This document shows, one piece after another, positions 21,055 to 32,784 of a stretch of 64,000 nt of DNA. Source of the stretch: Minisyncoccota bacterium (GTDB lineage Bacteria > Patescibacteriota > Minisyncoccia > Phycocordibacterales > CAIZLB01). A program made the translations under genes and the position numbers. The stretch lies in the NCBI GenBank assembly GCA_021734945.1, contig JAIPIA010000003.1, positions 92,895-156,894 of the forward strand. Reading direction: 5' to 3'. The notes beneath the pieces are model-generated. The model made no database searches and was not told the origin of the DNA. It worked only from the letters and a program-made list of their open reading frames with translations. Each line of letters opens with the position of its first letter. The first letter of the stretch is position 1.

Positions 21055-22491
21055 CTAGATCTGATCAACAGTAACCATGTTTGTCTCATCTGCCTCCTTA
21101 AATGGAGTTCCTGAGATAAACACGAGCTTGTCTCCTTTCTTTACGAGCTTTTCAGCGATGAGCATTTTCTTTGCATCTTCGTGAGCTTCTCGGAAACCTA
21201 CGTGAGATTTGATAAGTACTGGGTATACACCGTAGTATAGACACATCTGGTTGTAAGTCTTCTGATCTGGAGTAATAGCGATAACTGGAACTGAAACTCG
21301 CTGTCGTGAAGCAAGAGCGGCTGCATTACCGAACTCTGTGAGAGCTACAATATATTTAGCACTAATCTGTTCAGCTGTGTGAGCTGCAGCACCTCCAATA
21401 GCCTTACTAAGAGTGTCTGATTCAAGTCGCTCTGGATGTGCAAGAAGAATAGAGTGTCGAACATCGTTCTCAACTTCGTTAGCAATCTTAGCCATCATTT
21501 CAACAGCTTCAACTGGGTATGCACCTAGAGTTGTTTCTTCTGAAAGCATAACTGCATCTGTACCATCAAGCATAGCGTTAGCAACATCTGAAACCTCAGC
21601 TCGTGTAGGGACTGGACTCTTGATCATTGATTCGAGCATTTGTGTAGCTGTAATAACTGGCTTACCTGCAGCATTACATTTTTCGATAATCATCTTCTGA
21701 GCTAGAGGTACTTTTTCAGCTGGGATTTCTACAGCGAGATCTCCTCGAGCAACCATAGCACCATCAACGATTTCTAGGATTTCGTCAAAGTTTGTAAGAG
21801 CCTGAGGTGTCTCAATCTTTGCAATAATCTTTGTGTGTTCCATTCCTCGCTTGTTGAGGATCTTTCGGAGTTCAGCAGCTTCTGAGGCTTTTCGTACGAA
21901 TGAAAATGCAACGTAATCTACATTGTTCTTTTCACCGAATTCGATATCCTTCTTATCTTTAGCTGTAAGAGCACTAATAGAAAGATCTGAATCTGGAAGG
22001 TTTACACCTCGTCGTCCTTTGAGTTCACCACCGTTTACAACTTTACAAATAACTTCATCACCCTTGATGTCAGTACAAACCATTCGCACCTTTCCATCAT
22101 CAACAAGAACTGCTTCACCCTTTTTGATTTCAGCAGGAAGTTTTGGATAGTTGATGTAAGCTTTTGTTTCATCACCTACAGTTTTTTCATTTGTAGAAAA
22201 TGTAAATTTCTGGCCAGTCTTGAGAGTTATTCGAACTGCTGGATCATTCTGGAATGTTCCTGTTCGAATCTTAGGACCACTAAGGTCTTGGAGGATAGCT
22301 ACTGGAATACCTGTCTTCTTTGACGCAGCTTTTGCATTGTCTACTTTTTCCTGGTGTTCAGCAAAATCTCCGTGTGAGAAGTTAAGTCGAACTACGTTAA
22401 GACCTGCCTTGAGAAGCTTCTCAAGCTGAGCCTGACTTGATGTAGCAGGACCAATTGTTGCTACGATCTTTGTTTTCTTTCCTAGGTGCAT
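21055..22491 (-). CDS. pyk: Pyruvate kinase
   Basis: TKIVATIGPA, RLNFSHG, MVARGDL, TATQMLESM, DGTDAVMLS. Confidence 0.98.
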   Translation of the reverse strand: MHLGKKTKIVATIGPATSSQAQLEKLLKAGLNVVRLNFSHGDFAEHQEKVDNAKAASKKTGIPVAILQDLSGPKIRTGTFQNDPAVRITLKTGQKFTFSTNEKTVGDETKAYINYPKLPAEIKKGEAVLVDDGKVRMVCTDIKGDEVICKVVNGGELKGRRGVNLPDSDLSISALTAKDKKDIEFGEKNNVDYVAFSFVRKASEAAELRKILNKRGMEHTKIIAKIETPQALTNFDEILEIVDGAMVARGDLAVEIPAEKVPLAQKMIIEKCNAAGKPVITATQMLESMIKSPVPTRAEVSDVANAMLDGTDAVMLSEETTLGAYPVEAVEMMAKIANEVENDVRHSILLAHPERLESDTLSKAIGGAAAHTAEQISAKYIVALTEFGNAAALASRQRVSVPVIAITPDQKTYNQMCLYYGVYPVLIKSHVGFREAHEDAKKMLIAEKLVKKGDKLVFISGTPFKEADETNMVTVDQI

Positions 22492-22610
22492 ATATGTGGG
22501 TTTAACAGAATTAATTTAATAGGGGTCTATTCTAGCAGGGATTAGGGGGTTATTCAAGGGAACACTTGTGCAAGGCCAAGGTGATACATTTAGGTATGGT
22601 CAGAGTTGTA

Positions 22611-23264
22611 CTATTTAGCACTAAGGAGGATTTTGAGACCTAAAGCAGTCAAAACCACTCCTGTAATTTTCTCAATCACACCTTTTATAGACTTCATTTT
22701 TCTAGATACAAGATCTGTACTTAGAAAAAATGAAACAATAGAAAACCACAAGGTTGTCGCAAGTACCATTTCCAATCCATACCCTATTTGTATGAATGTT
22801 GGCGTTGATGGATTAATAACTTGAGTGAAAACAGCAAGAATAAACAAAGTTGCTTTTGGATTCAAAGCATTGGTGAGAAAACCAGATTTCATTGCTTTCC
22901 AAGAATTCATTTTCTCTTTATTTTGAATTTCATTTGAAAGTTCAGTAATAGATATCGATTTAGGCTTAGAATCTTTAGCTTTTCTAAATGACATTAAACC
23001 AATGTAAATTAGATAGAGCGCACCTAAAATCTTTATTGTATTAAACAATAGAACCGAACTTGCAATCAATGTGCCAATACCAAGTATCGAATATGTGACA
23101 TGCAAGCCAATCCCTAATGCTATTCCTATGGCACCCATGAAACCAATTTTTCTAGAATAAGAAAGACTGAGCTTACTGATTAATACAAAATCTGGACCAG
23201 GACTAATAACTGCCAACGCGTGAATACCAGCCACAGTAAGTAACTGCAAAATATATATGTTCAT
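22611..23264 (-). CDS. LysE/RhtB family amino-acid exporter
   Basis: SPGPD, GALYLIYIG, GFLTNALNPK motifs. Confidence 0.9.
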   Translation of the reverse strand: MNIYILQLLTVAGIHALAVISPGPDFVLISKLSLSYSRKIGFMGAIGIALGIGLHVTYSILGIGTLIASSVLLFNTIKILGALYLIYIGLMSFRKAKDSKPKSISITELSNEIQNKEKMNSWKAMKSGFLTNALNPKATLFILAVFTQVINPSTPTFIQIGYGLEMVLATTLWFSIVSFFLSTDLVSRKMKSIKGVIEKITGVVLTALGLKILLSAK

Positions 23265-23473
23265 GCTTGTTAAAGTATTTCTCTTTTATGAGTAAATACT
23301 AGATTAAAATTTTAAATAGAGACTAAATAAGAGCCGTGTAGTACGACCTAGATTCGTAAATACTTATTTTTATAAGTACGTAAATTTCATATATTTAAAA
23401 GTATGTGCCGTTAATGTAAGCAAGACTATGGAGTGCAGATTTCATATATTTAATATTAGCAAAAACTATACGA

Positions 23474-23507
23474 TTGACAATGAGCAACCAAAGTATATAC
23501 TTTGGTT
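23474..23507 (+). promoter_or_regulatory. Sigma70 promoter with a palindromic operator over the -10 box
   Basis: TTGACA (23474) -16 nt- TATACT (23496); perfect 22-bp palindrome AACCAAAGTATATACTTTGGTT at 23486-23507. Confidence 0.7.
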
Positions 23508-23508
23508 T

Positions 23509-23784
23509 ATGAAAACAGTATTGAATCTGAAAATAGAAAAATCACTTAAATTAGAAGCTCAGGAAATTGCTGAAAATTTTGGTATTCCACTTGGAACTAT
23601 TTTAAACGCCCTCCTGCGACAATTTGTACGCACAAAAGAAATTTCACTTGATATGTCATATAGACCTACTCCCTTTTTACAATCAATACTTAAAGAAGCA
23701 GAAGCTGAACTTTTAAGAACTGGTTCTCATTCAATAGAAAAACTTGAGAGTAAGGAATTCATAAAAAAATTAAAGAAACTTTAG
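23509..23784 (+). CDS. RelB/DinJ family antitoxin (no adjacent toxin)
   Basis: MKTVLNLKIEKSLKLEAQEIAENFGIPLGTILNALLRQFV ribbon-helix-helix pattern. Confidence 0.8.
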   Translation: MKTVLNLKIEKSLKLEAQEIAENFGIPLGTILNALLRQFVRTKEISLDMSYRPTPFLQSILKEAEAELLRTGSHSIEKLESKEFIKKLKKL

Positions 23785-23856
23785 AAAGATTTTATCACTA
23801 AGTGCTTTAATAAGTACTTATGAGATATAGCACCTCTAAAACTTTTGAATGGATAG

Positions 23857-24483
23857 TTAATCTAAGAGGTGTGAGTGGTCGTTCCAAGTGAGCATTCTCC
23901 ATTTTCCATCGTCATATGTAAATTCTGAGATACCTGTATTTTCGGCCCAGAGACGCTTTACAACTACTTTAAACAAGTCGGGTGTCAATTGCTCCCCAAA
24001 GAAGATAACTGCAAAAACCATTCTAAGGACATATTCATGTGTTACCGCTACTATTGTATCTGCAGGTAAAGAAAGCAATTCATCCAGAGCCTTTTTAACT
24101 CGTTCACTCAAATCATAGAAGTTTTCTTCATCTAAATGTTTCCAGTCTTTATTACCCCAATTCTTTTCCACTTCATTCATAATCTTGATTGTCTCTTCAT
24201 CAGTTTTTGGTTTACCTCTCACATCCTCGGGTCGATGTATTTCGTGGAGTAATTTTGTAGGTATAACTTCTAGACCAATGTCTGCACTAATTATTTGAGC
24301 AGTCTCAAAAGCGCGATCCATGTCGCTTGCTATGATCATACCAACTTTAATATTCGTAAATCTTTTTGAAACTTTTGCAGCTTGTTCTCTTCCATAGTCA
24401 GACAATGGCTGTTCAAAGGTCTGCCATAGACCTTGCTCATTACCACCTGTTCTCCCATGTCTCACAAAATAAATTCTCTTCAT
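23857..24483 (-). CDS. Histidine phosphatase (phosphoglycerate mutase family)
   Basis: FVRHG, SD..RA..TA, VTH, WND..HL. Confidence 0.9.
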   Translation of the reverse strand: MKRIYFVRHGRTGGNEQGLWQTFEQPLSDYGREQAAKVSKRFTNIKVGMIIASDMDRAFETAQIISADIGLEVIPTKLLHEIHRPEDVRGKPKTDEETIKIMNEVEKNWGNKDWKHLDEENFYDLSERVKKALDELLSLPADTIVAVTHEYVLRMVFAVIFFGEQLTPDLFKVVVKRLWAENTGISEFTYDDGKWRMLTWNDHSHLLD

Positions 24484-24567
24484 ATTTTTAGTTTATTTCT
24501 TTGTTTTAAATATTAATATTAGTCTTAAGTCCAACAAACTATATTTCACCAACTACGCCTGACAACC

Positions 24568-25353
24568 CTACGCCTGACTTGGATAACTTTTCTTCACCAA
24601 CTCAACAAGTTCTGGAAATAGAAATTTGTTTGCAACAACCAACCCTTTATCACCAGGTTTATATGTAGTACCTTCAAAATTTGAAACCATACAACCTGCC
24701 TCCTGCGCAATAAGAGATGTTGCAGCATAATCCCATGCATTTTTACTTGGACCAATATACCAATCACGTCTACCTGTTGAAACCCACATACCTGACACAG
24801 CAGAACTCGCCACCGCGTTTGTCCAACCTGTACCTTCTGAAAGCTGACTGATGCCTTTCTGAAAATTTTCATACATAGGTTTAAAGGTAATAGTCCCAAG
24901 TCCATAACTTCCCTTCCAATCTTCTTTTTGTGAGCACTCTGTCTTTGTTCCATTTAGGAAAGCACCCTTACCTTTTTCGGCATAAAGAAACTCTTTAACA
25001 ATAGGGAGATAAATAGCCGCATATTTAATTTCCCCCTTACACATAAGCGCAATATTTATTCCAAAGAGTGGAGTGTGCGATGCGAAATTTTTTGTACCAT
25101 CGAGAGGGTCTATATACCAAACATTTTCTGAGTCGAGCTGATAACCTTCACCCTCTTCTGAAACAATACCGTGGTCAGGATAGTTCTTTTTTATAGCATC
25201 ACAAATAAAAGTGTTTGAAGCTAGGTCAGCTTCTGTGACAATGTCTGTAACTCGTTCTTTAGAATATAGAGATGTGGACTTTCCAAAAAATCCAAGAATA
25301 ACATCGCCCGCTTGAAATACTGTGTCTTTAATGAAGGTTTCCATGTTTTGCAT
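24568..25353 (-). CDS. Inositol monophosphatase family protein
   Basis: VTEAD, WYIDPLDGTKNF, WDYAA; start at 25353 or 25344 (the ORF-track extension overlaps the tRNA). Confidence 0.9.
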   Translation of the reverse strand: MQNMETFIKDTVFQAGDVILGFFGKSTSLYSKERVTDIVTEADLASNTFICDAIKKNYPDHGIVSEEGEGYQLDSENVWYIDPLDGTKNFASHTPLFGINIALMCKGEIKYAAIYLPIVKEFLYAEKGKGAFLNGTKTECSQKEDWKGSYGLGTITFKPMYENFQKGISQLSEGTGWTNAVASSAVSGMWVSTGRRDWYIGPSKNAWDYAATSLIAQEAGCMVSNFEGTTYKPGDKGLVVANKFLFPELVELVKKSYPSQA

Positions 25354-25422
25354 GTATTGAGGATAGCACAAGTTTAAGAGTAACAAAAAACCCAGAGTAG
25401 TCTGGGTTTTTTTGAATCTTAG

Positions 25423-25495
25423 TGCGCCCGCCAGGATTCGAACCTGGGACCCCATCAGTATCAGTGATGTGCTCTACCAACTGAGCTACGAGCGC
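25423..25495 (-). tRNA. tRNA-Ile (GAT), CCA not encoded
   Basis: Cloverleaf GCGCTCG-TAGCTCAGTTGGTAGAGC-A-CATCA CTGATAC TGATG-...-CCAGG TTCGAAT CCTGG-CGGGCGC-A. Confidence 0.93.
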
Positions 25496-25585
25496 ATTTT
25501 ACGTTCCCACAGCCGGACCCTTTGACCCTCTAACTGAGTAATAACGTGTGCATTACCATACCAAAAAATAGGACCAAAAACAAGC

Positions 25586-26419
25586 CTACACCTCTCTGCT
25601 TTTGTCCTCTTCCTCAGTACTCATTAGACCAGAAGAACTAGGTATAGAATTCAACTTCGCTATAAGTTCATCCATTCTCTTTTTTATAGCTAAATCTTTT
25701 ACTGGGGGATTACGTAATCTTTCCCCTCTCTTTTCCTGCGCCTGTACTATTTGAATTTCTCTTTCTCTCCCTATTTCTTCAAGCCTGTGTATCGACATTT
25801 GAACTATATGGATATCTGTTTCTGACATTGATCGTTCCTCTATATATGAAAACAACTTTTCTTGATCTATATTTTTAAGATCAAGCTGTGAAATAGTATC
25901 TACATAATATTCTCCACCGTCTTCACCTACTATTATATTTCCTGAAGTCCAATCAATAATGAATGGCAATCCAATCTCGTTACAGGTCTCTTCAACTCTA
26001 TTTATAGGAAAGAGAATTTTTTTACCTTCTTCTGATTTTACAACCCTTTCACGTATTGTACCTGAAATATTATCTCTTTCTCGAGAATTTACAACACTAT
26101 CACTGTTTTTTCCAAAAGCTGCATAAAAATGTGGAAAATTATGTGGAAACAAAGTAGAAAAAATTCTTTGAGCATAAAAGACTTCTTTCATCCTTAAAGG
26201 GTTCATATCAGAATATGTATATGCAGTAACGGTTTCCTTGTTATTAATATTCTTTCCAGGAACGACCACACATTCTGCTCCACTTCCAATTACCTCAACA
26301 TCGTTTCTTTTAGCAATTTCTTCAATCTGACCAGGCATTAAACTACAACTACGTTCTTGAACTTTTTTTTCTCGGATATCATCTATAAATTCATTTCTTG
26401 GCATTCCTATTTCAGGCAT
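25586..26419 (-). CDS. Hypothetical protein, possibly a protein-kinase-like fold
   Basis: IGSGAECVV, D....NII and YVD motifs in kinase order; TATAAT 7 nt upstream of ATG. Confidence 0.5.
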   Translation of the reverse strand: MPEIGMPRNEFIDDIREKKVQERSCSLMPGQIEEIAKRNDVEVIGSGAECVVVPGKNINNKETVTAYTYSDMNPLRMKEVFYAQRIFSTLFPHNFPHFYAAFGKNSDSVVNSRERDNISGTIRERVVKSEEGKKILFPINRVEETCNEIGLPFIIDWTSGNIIVGEDGGEYYVDTISQLDLKNIDQEKLFSYIEERSMSETDIHIVQMSIHRLEEIGREREIQIVQAQEKRGERLRNPPVKDLAIKKRMDELIAKLNSIPSSSGLMSTEEEDKSREV

Positions 26420-26451
26420 ATTTACATTATACCCTATGAAATTTGTAAAAG

Positions 26452-26480
26452 AAAAACCGCCCTTTCGGTGCGGAATTTCT
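26452..26480 (-). terminator. Terminator of the 16S transcription unit
   Basis: CCGCACCGAAAGGGCGG followed by TTTTTC on the minus strand. Confidence 0.75.
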
Positions 26481-26714
26481 TGTATAGAAATTTAAAGACA
26501 GAATAAGTTACAACATCTAAAGCTTATGAGATATACTCTATCTCGGCACTATCCTTTTCTTGAGTATGGATCTTTCTCCACTGTCAAAGCTTTTAAGACG
26601 CTTAGTCTCCATGTTTCGAAAGTCATGAACTCTTGTTCAAATCCGCATATGCAGGACTCGAACGATCGACAAGTATATTAGTGACAACCGTGAGGTATGT
26701 ATAATATGAATTTC

Positions 26715-28196
<1,482 letters not shown>

Positions 28197-28464
28197 AACT
28201 CAAACAAATAAACAAAGAAAAAATCTTTGTTTACGACTGTCGCTCTTTCGAGCTAAGTCATAAAAAGAATATGATGCTGTAACTTATTCTGTTTTCAAAT
28301 GGCCGAAGAATTTAAATTTTGTCTAAAATCTTTCCGATGCATTCGATATTGGTTTCCTGGAAGGTGGAACGAACCACTTGGTCGGTATGTCAGTCAGTTA
28401 ACTTTCATATCGATTCAACCAGGTAACTTATCTAAAAACGCCCTTTCTATAAGGCGTGATTGGT

Positions 28465-28492
28465 ATTATACGCACATGAGAACCTTTGTCAA
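28465..28492 (-). promoter_or_regulatory. 16S rRNA promoter
   Basis: TTGACA-AAGGTTCTCATGTGCG(16 nt)-TATAAT. Confidence 0.8.
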
Positions 28493-28562
28493 ATACAAGA
28501 TATAGCTGTATCATACCTTTACAAATACGTATACAAAAAAGCCCAAAATAACCCTATATTAC

Positions 28563-29213
28563 ATGCCTAAAATACCAATTGAAGAACTCAAAAAAGATAT
28601 GCAAATTAAGGCTTTTTTGTTAAATAAGAGCTTTGTATTCAATACTACATGGGGACTTTTTTGCCCTGAGGAGATTGATACTGGGACTAAGCTCCTTTTA
28701 AAGGCAGTTTCGGAGAATAAAAAGGTATTAGAAATTTTTGAGCAGAGCAAGGACGAAACTCAATCTGTGGATAGAATGGCGAAAACAGCGAACATACTTG
28801 ATATTGGTTGTGGATATGGACCGATAGGTCTTGCGCTCGCCAAGGCGCTTCCTACAGCCTCTGTAGACCTAATTGATAAGGATTTTGTAGCGGTAGATTA
28901 CTCTAAGAAAAACGCTGTCGAGAACAGCATTAAGAATGCACATTCATATTTATCGAACGGATTTTCACATGTACCTTCTGGTAAAAAATATTCGCTTATT
29001 GTTTCAAACCTCCCTGCCAAAGTTAGCAAGGAATTTTTCTGGATACTTTTTGCTGAAACATTTGAGCACTTAGAAAAAGATGGGTATTTTGCTGTAGTTG
29101 TAATTAAACAACTCGAAATAATGATGCGAAAAAACTTCAATACTCTTTTTGGTAATTCTGAGGTTATTGATAGAGATAAGACATATTCTGTTGTCATAAC
29201 AAAAAAGGAGTAA
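28563..29213 (+). CDS. RsmC/MTS-family small methyltransferase
   Basis: GLF....D.GT.LL, ILDIGCGYGPIG, IVSNLP motifs. Confidence 0.85.
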   Translation: MPKIPIEELKKDMQIKAFLLNKSFVFNTTWGLFCPEEIDTGTKLLLKAVSENKKVLEIFEQSKDETQSVDRMAKTANILDIGCGYGPIGLALAKALPTASVDLIDKDFVAVDYSKKNAVENSIKNAHSYLSNGFSHVPSGKKYSLIVSNLPAKVSKEFFWILFAETFEHLEKDGYFAVVVIKQLEIMMRKNFNTLFGNSEVIDRDKTYSVVITKKE

Positions 29214-29267
29214 GACTCTACGTCTACACTCCTTTTTTAACTCTCATACCATTCGTCCTTTTTACTT

Positions 29268-30203
29268 CTAGCGCTCAATGAAGCTTGGATTATTAATACA
29301 CTTAAGGTTTTTATTTAGATCATTAATGTTTCCTTCTGAATCTTTAAAATCTCCATCTACACACTCGAGTTCAGCCTTATAAGAATCGCAAGTTTGCCCC
29401 CTACCTGCAATTGCTTTTGCATAGAAAACTATTTTATCACCATTTTGATACGTATTTCCTGCTCGCTTACACTCTGCATCTTTCTGCTCACAACTAAGTT
29501 CGGTATATGTAGGACTATTTGGAGAAAGTACGCCATTAACACAAGTTTTAACTTCTGTTGTACATGTGCCATCAGTGACTACTGGACTGAAGAATGTAAA
29601 ATTTGATCCGTCTGGAATTATAGTTCCATAACTACCTGTACATGGATTTTTTTGTTCTATAGTTACTACACCTGTAAAATCGACCCAACCTACAACATCA
29701 GAAGCCCATGCATAACCTCCAAATTTTGTTCCCGTAAGCGTTGTCCCATAATTTGAACCACTCAAACTAATCCAGCCATCAAAACCTCCTCTATTATCCA
29801 CTGCAGTACTTTTTGGGGCAACGCCCGAGACGACTCGAGCCCATCCTGTTAATTTGCCTCCCGCAATTTTTGCATTAGTTCCGTATGTAGTATTTGGAAA
29901 ACCAGAAAGACCACCAAACTGTACCCAACCGACATTTTCTGACCAAGCGTAGCCTACCAAACTACCGTCACCTTGAAGGATGACTGGAACTCCCCCATCT
30001 TTGAAAGATATCCAACCAATATTTTCTGACCAAGCGTAGCCGCTCAAACGAGTAGTGATCGTCGAGGTTGCAGTACTCTGTGCATCGACAATTTTTGGAT
30101 ATACGCTCAATTGCTTCCCATAAATGAGTACGGATGCACACAACAAAAACAGTGCACTGAACAGTATTGAATATCCAAATTTTTTAATAGAAATATATTT
30201 CAT
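29268..30203 (-). CDS. Secreted CPR protein with GYAWSENIGW repeats and a Cys-rich C-terminus
   Basis: Signal peptide; GYAWSENIGWISF / GYAWSENVGWVQF / GYAWASDVVGWVDF repeats; 21-bp DNA repeat at 29934-29954 and 30021-30041. Confidence 0.75.
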   Translation of the reverse strand: MKYISIKKFGYSILFSALFLLCASVLIYGKQLSVYPKIVDAQSTATSTITTRLSGYAWSENIGWISFKDGGVPVILQGDGSLVGYAWSENVGWVQFGGLSGFPNTTYGTNAKIAGGKLTGWARVVSGVAPKSTAVDNRGGFDGWISLSGSNYGTTLTGTKFGGYAWASDVVGWVDFTGVVTIEQKNPCTGSYGTIIPDGSNFTFFSPVVTDGTCTTEVKTCVNGVLSPNSPTYTELSCEQKDAECKRAGNTYQNGDKIVFYAKAIAGRGQTCDSYKAELECVDGDFKDSEGNINDLNKNLKCINNPSFIER

Positions 30204-30371
30204 ACAAATTAATAATAACATCTAATCAACATGGGGGCATTAACATATGTCCACATTTGCTAGTCACATAATAAAAGATGAATCAATAATCTTAATAGTA
30301 CACATAAAAAACCTGCACACAGAAGTTTGGTGCAGGTTTTTTATAGAATTTAAGATTGAAAGAATCTAGAT

Positions 30372-31286
30372 TTATTTACTATTTTTACTTCTTTCCTGCC
30401 ACTTTTGCCATGTTACGAGAAGAGGTGAACCTATAAAGATAGATGAATAAGTTCCTACAGCAATTCCAAGAATGAGTGCTAGTGAGAAGTTTTCAGTTGT
30501 TTTTGGTCCAAATATATACAATGCAATGAGAGCAAGTATTGTTGTGAGTGAGGTATTTATTGATCGTGCAATTGTTTGAGATACACTCATTCCCACAATT
30601 TCTTCAAATGTTTTCTTGTTTGAAGAAGTACCAAATGCAAAGTTTTTGAGATTTTCTCGAGTTCGATCAAATACCACAATAGTATCGTGAATTGAAAATC
30701 CAAGAATTACCAAGAGAGCAGTAACAAAGAGTGCGTCAATTTCATATCCACCATTTCTTCCAAGATATGAGAATATTCCTGTAGGGATAATCACGTCATG
30801 GAACAATGCAACAATTGCAACAACACCGTATTTCCAAGAAGAAATTGGTCTTGAAACACCACGAAATGCGTACGTGATAAAGATAATGATTGCGAGAAGA
30901 ACAAGAACCATTGACCAGATTGCCTTACCTTGTAGTTCCTGTCCTAGAATTGGACCTACTGAATCAAATCTTTTTAATTCTCCACCAAGAGTTTGAACAA
31001 CTTTGTTTCGCTCTGCCTCATCAAGATTTTTTGTTCGTATAATAAAGCCATCATCACCAGCTTGTCGAACTACATATTCACCAATATTGAGTGCACCGAG
31101 TGCAGACTTTATTGAGTCAGCATTAGTTGTTCCACTACTCATATCTGGATATCTTACTTCAATAATAGAACCACCTTTGAAATCGATACCGAGATTTAAT
31201 CCATATTTGGCAACTGAAAAGATAGAGAAAGCGATAAGGATTACTGAGAATACGTAGAATATTTTTCTGTGTTTTACGATATACAT
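30372..31286 (-). CDS. secF: Protein translocase subunit SecF
   Basis: LGIDFKGG, VGP..G.EL, GFSIHDTIVVFDR.REN, RSINTS. Confidence 0.97.
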   Translation of the reverse strand: MYIVKHRKIFYVFSVILIAFSIFSVAKYGLNLGIDFKGGSIIEVRYPDMSSGTTNADSIKSALGALNIGEYVVRQAGDDGFIIRTKNLDEAERNKVVQTLGGELKRFDSVGPILGQELQGKAIWSMVLVLLAIIIFITYAFRGVSRPISSWKYGVVAIVALFHDVIIPTGIFSYLGRNGGYEIDALFVTALLVILGFSIHDTIVVFDRTRENLKNFAFGTSSNKKTFEEIVGMSVSQTIARSINTSLTTILALIALYIFGPKTTENFSLALILGIAVGTYSSIFIGSPLLVTWQKWQERSKNSK

Positions 31287-31319
31287 AATTTTATATTTAT
31301 TTTAAATTTGCGTAAACGA

Positions 31320-32669
31320 CTATTTACGTAAACCGTTACCGAATAAGAACTTTGCGATACCTTCATATTTCTTTACACCGAGAGCCATAAGAAGTGTCCG
31401 TGACACTGTAATTGCAGTAAACATAGATACAACTACACCAAGAATAAATACCAGTGAGAAACCTCTGATAAGCGGTGATGTCGCGGTAAAGAACAGAATA
31501 AGACCTGTAATAATACTTGAGGTATTACTATCTCGAATCGAAAGCCATGCTCGAGCAAAACCCTCTTTGATACCATCTTCTACGCTTAGTCCTCTAGCAA
31601 ACTCCTCTTTCATTCTTTCAAATATAAGAATATTTCCATCCACCGCCATACCTAGAGAAATGATAAGTCCCGCGAGTCCTGCAGACGTAAGAACAATACC
31701 AAATACCTTAAATAAAGTTAGAGTAATTACTGTATAGAGTGAAAGTGAGATAACTGCAAGAATACCTGGAAGTCTGTACCAGAAGAGTAAAAACACACTG
31801 ATAATAATAAGTCCCCAAACACCTGCCACAACACTTGCGTGGAGCGCATCTATACCAAGTGATGCCCCAATAGACTGAGTACCAATGAGGCTGATGGGTA
31901 CAGGAAGCGCACCGTACTTAAGATCACGAGCAAGGTCTCGAGCTTCAGTTGGAGTAAATCGTCCTGAAATAACTGCCTTTCCATCTGTAATAGCCTGCTG
32001 AACTACTGGAGTAGAGATAGGTCGGCCATCAAGGAAAATCGCAACTGTCTTACCAATATTTGCGGATGTTATTTCACCAAAGAGTTTTTTACCTTCATCG
32101 TTAAAAACAAGACTCACGAGAGGTTGTCTTGTATTCTGATCAAATTCAACTCGTGCAGACTGGAGGAATCGCCCCGTCAAAGCTGTAGTTTCATACTCTA
32201 CGTTGTAGATACCATCTGTTGTCGAAGCGTTTGCATTTGCAGCAGCTGAAGCAGCAGTTGTACTAGTCGCCTTTTCTGTTTTAAATTCTAGTACAGGAGT
32301 TTTACCAATTAGTTCAACAGCTTTGTTTACATCCGTAACACCTGGAAGTTCGACAATGAGCTTTTGTATCTGAGTCCCACCAACTGTACTTTTTTCAGTT
32401 TGAATAATAGGTTCCGCGACACCAAAAGCATTGATTCGAGCTTCAATAACCATCTTAAGGCTTTCCATTGCTCCAGTGACATCACTTACTGGAATCTTAG
32501 ATGTATCAGCTTGATAAATAAGGTGTGTTCCTCCACTCAGGTCAAGACCTAGTTTAAAAGGAAATTTTGATATGAAGCCATTACCAGGCTGTTCTGAATA
32601 GTGCACAAAAGAGCCGAGGAGGATTCCAACGACAAGCAGGGCAATTGCAGTGATTCGTTTCTTTAACAT
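31320..32669 (-). CDS. secD: Protein translocase subunit SecD
   Basis: LGLDLSGG, IVELPG, GALP, GMAVDGNILIFER. Confidence 0.97.
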   Translation of the reverse strand: MLKKRITAIALLVVGILLGSFVHYSEQPGNGFISKFPFKLGLDLSGGTHLIYQADTSKIPVSDVTGAMESLKMVIEARINAFGVAEPIIQTEKSTVGGTQIQKLIVELPGVTDVNKAVELIGKTPVLEFKTEKATSTTAASAAANANASTTDGIYNVEYETTALTGRFLQSARVEFDQNTRQPLVSLVFNDEGKKLFGEITSANIGKTVAIFLDGRPISTPVVQQAITDGKAVISGRFTPTEARDLARDLKYGALPVPISLIGTQSIGASLGIDALHASVVAGVWGLIIISVFLLFWYRLPGILAVISLSLYTVITLTLFKVFGIVLTSAGLAGLIISLGMAVDGNILIFERMKEEFARGLSVEDGIKEGFARAWLSIRDSNTSSIITGLILFFTATSPLIRGFSLVFILGVVVSMFTAITVSRTLLMALGVKKYEGIAKFLFGNGLRK

Positions 32670-32784
32670 GTAATCTGAATTATTTGATAAATATGGGTCA
32701 ATTATACAGAGAATTACCCCTAGAGCAACTACGAAACAACCTGCAAATCCTACACTTTTGCGAACCTAATCGATTTAAGGAGAA

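Noticed and set aside
25354-25455. N-terminal extension of the IMPase ORF (similar extensions at 23428, 34114, 34209, 42991, 60821)
   Set aside because: They overlap tRNA, promoter or neighbouring genes; downstream ATGs fit family starts better.
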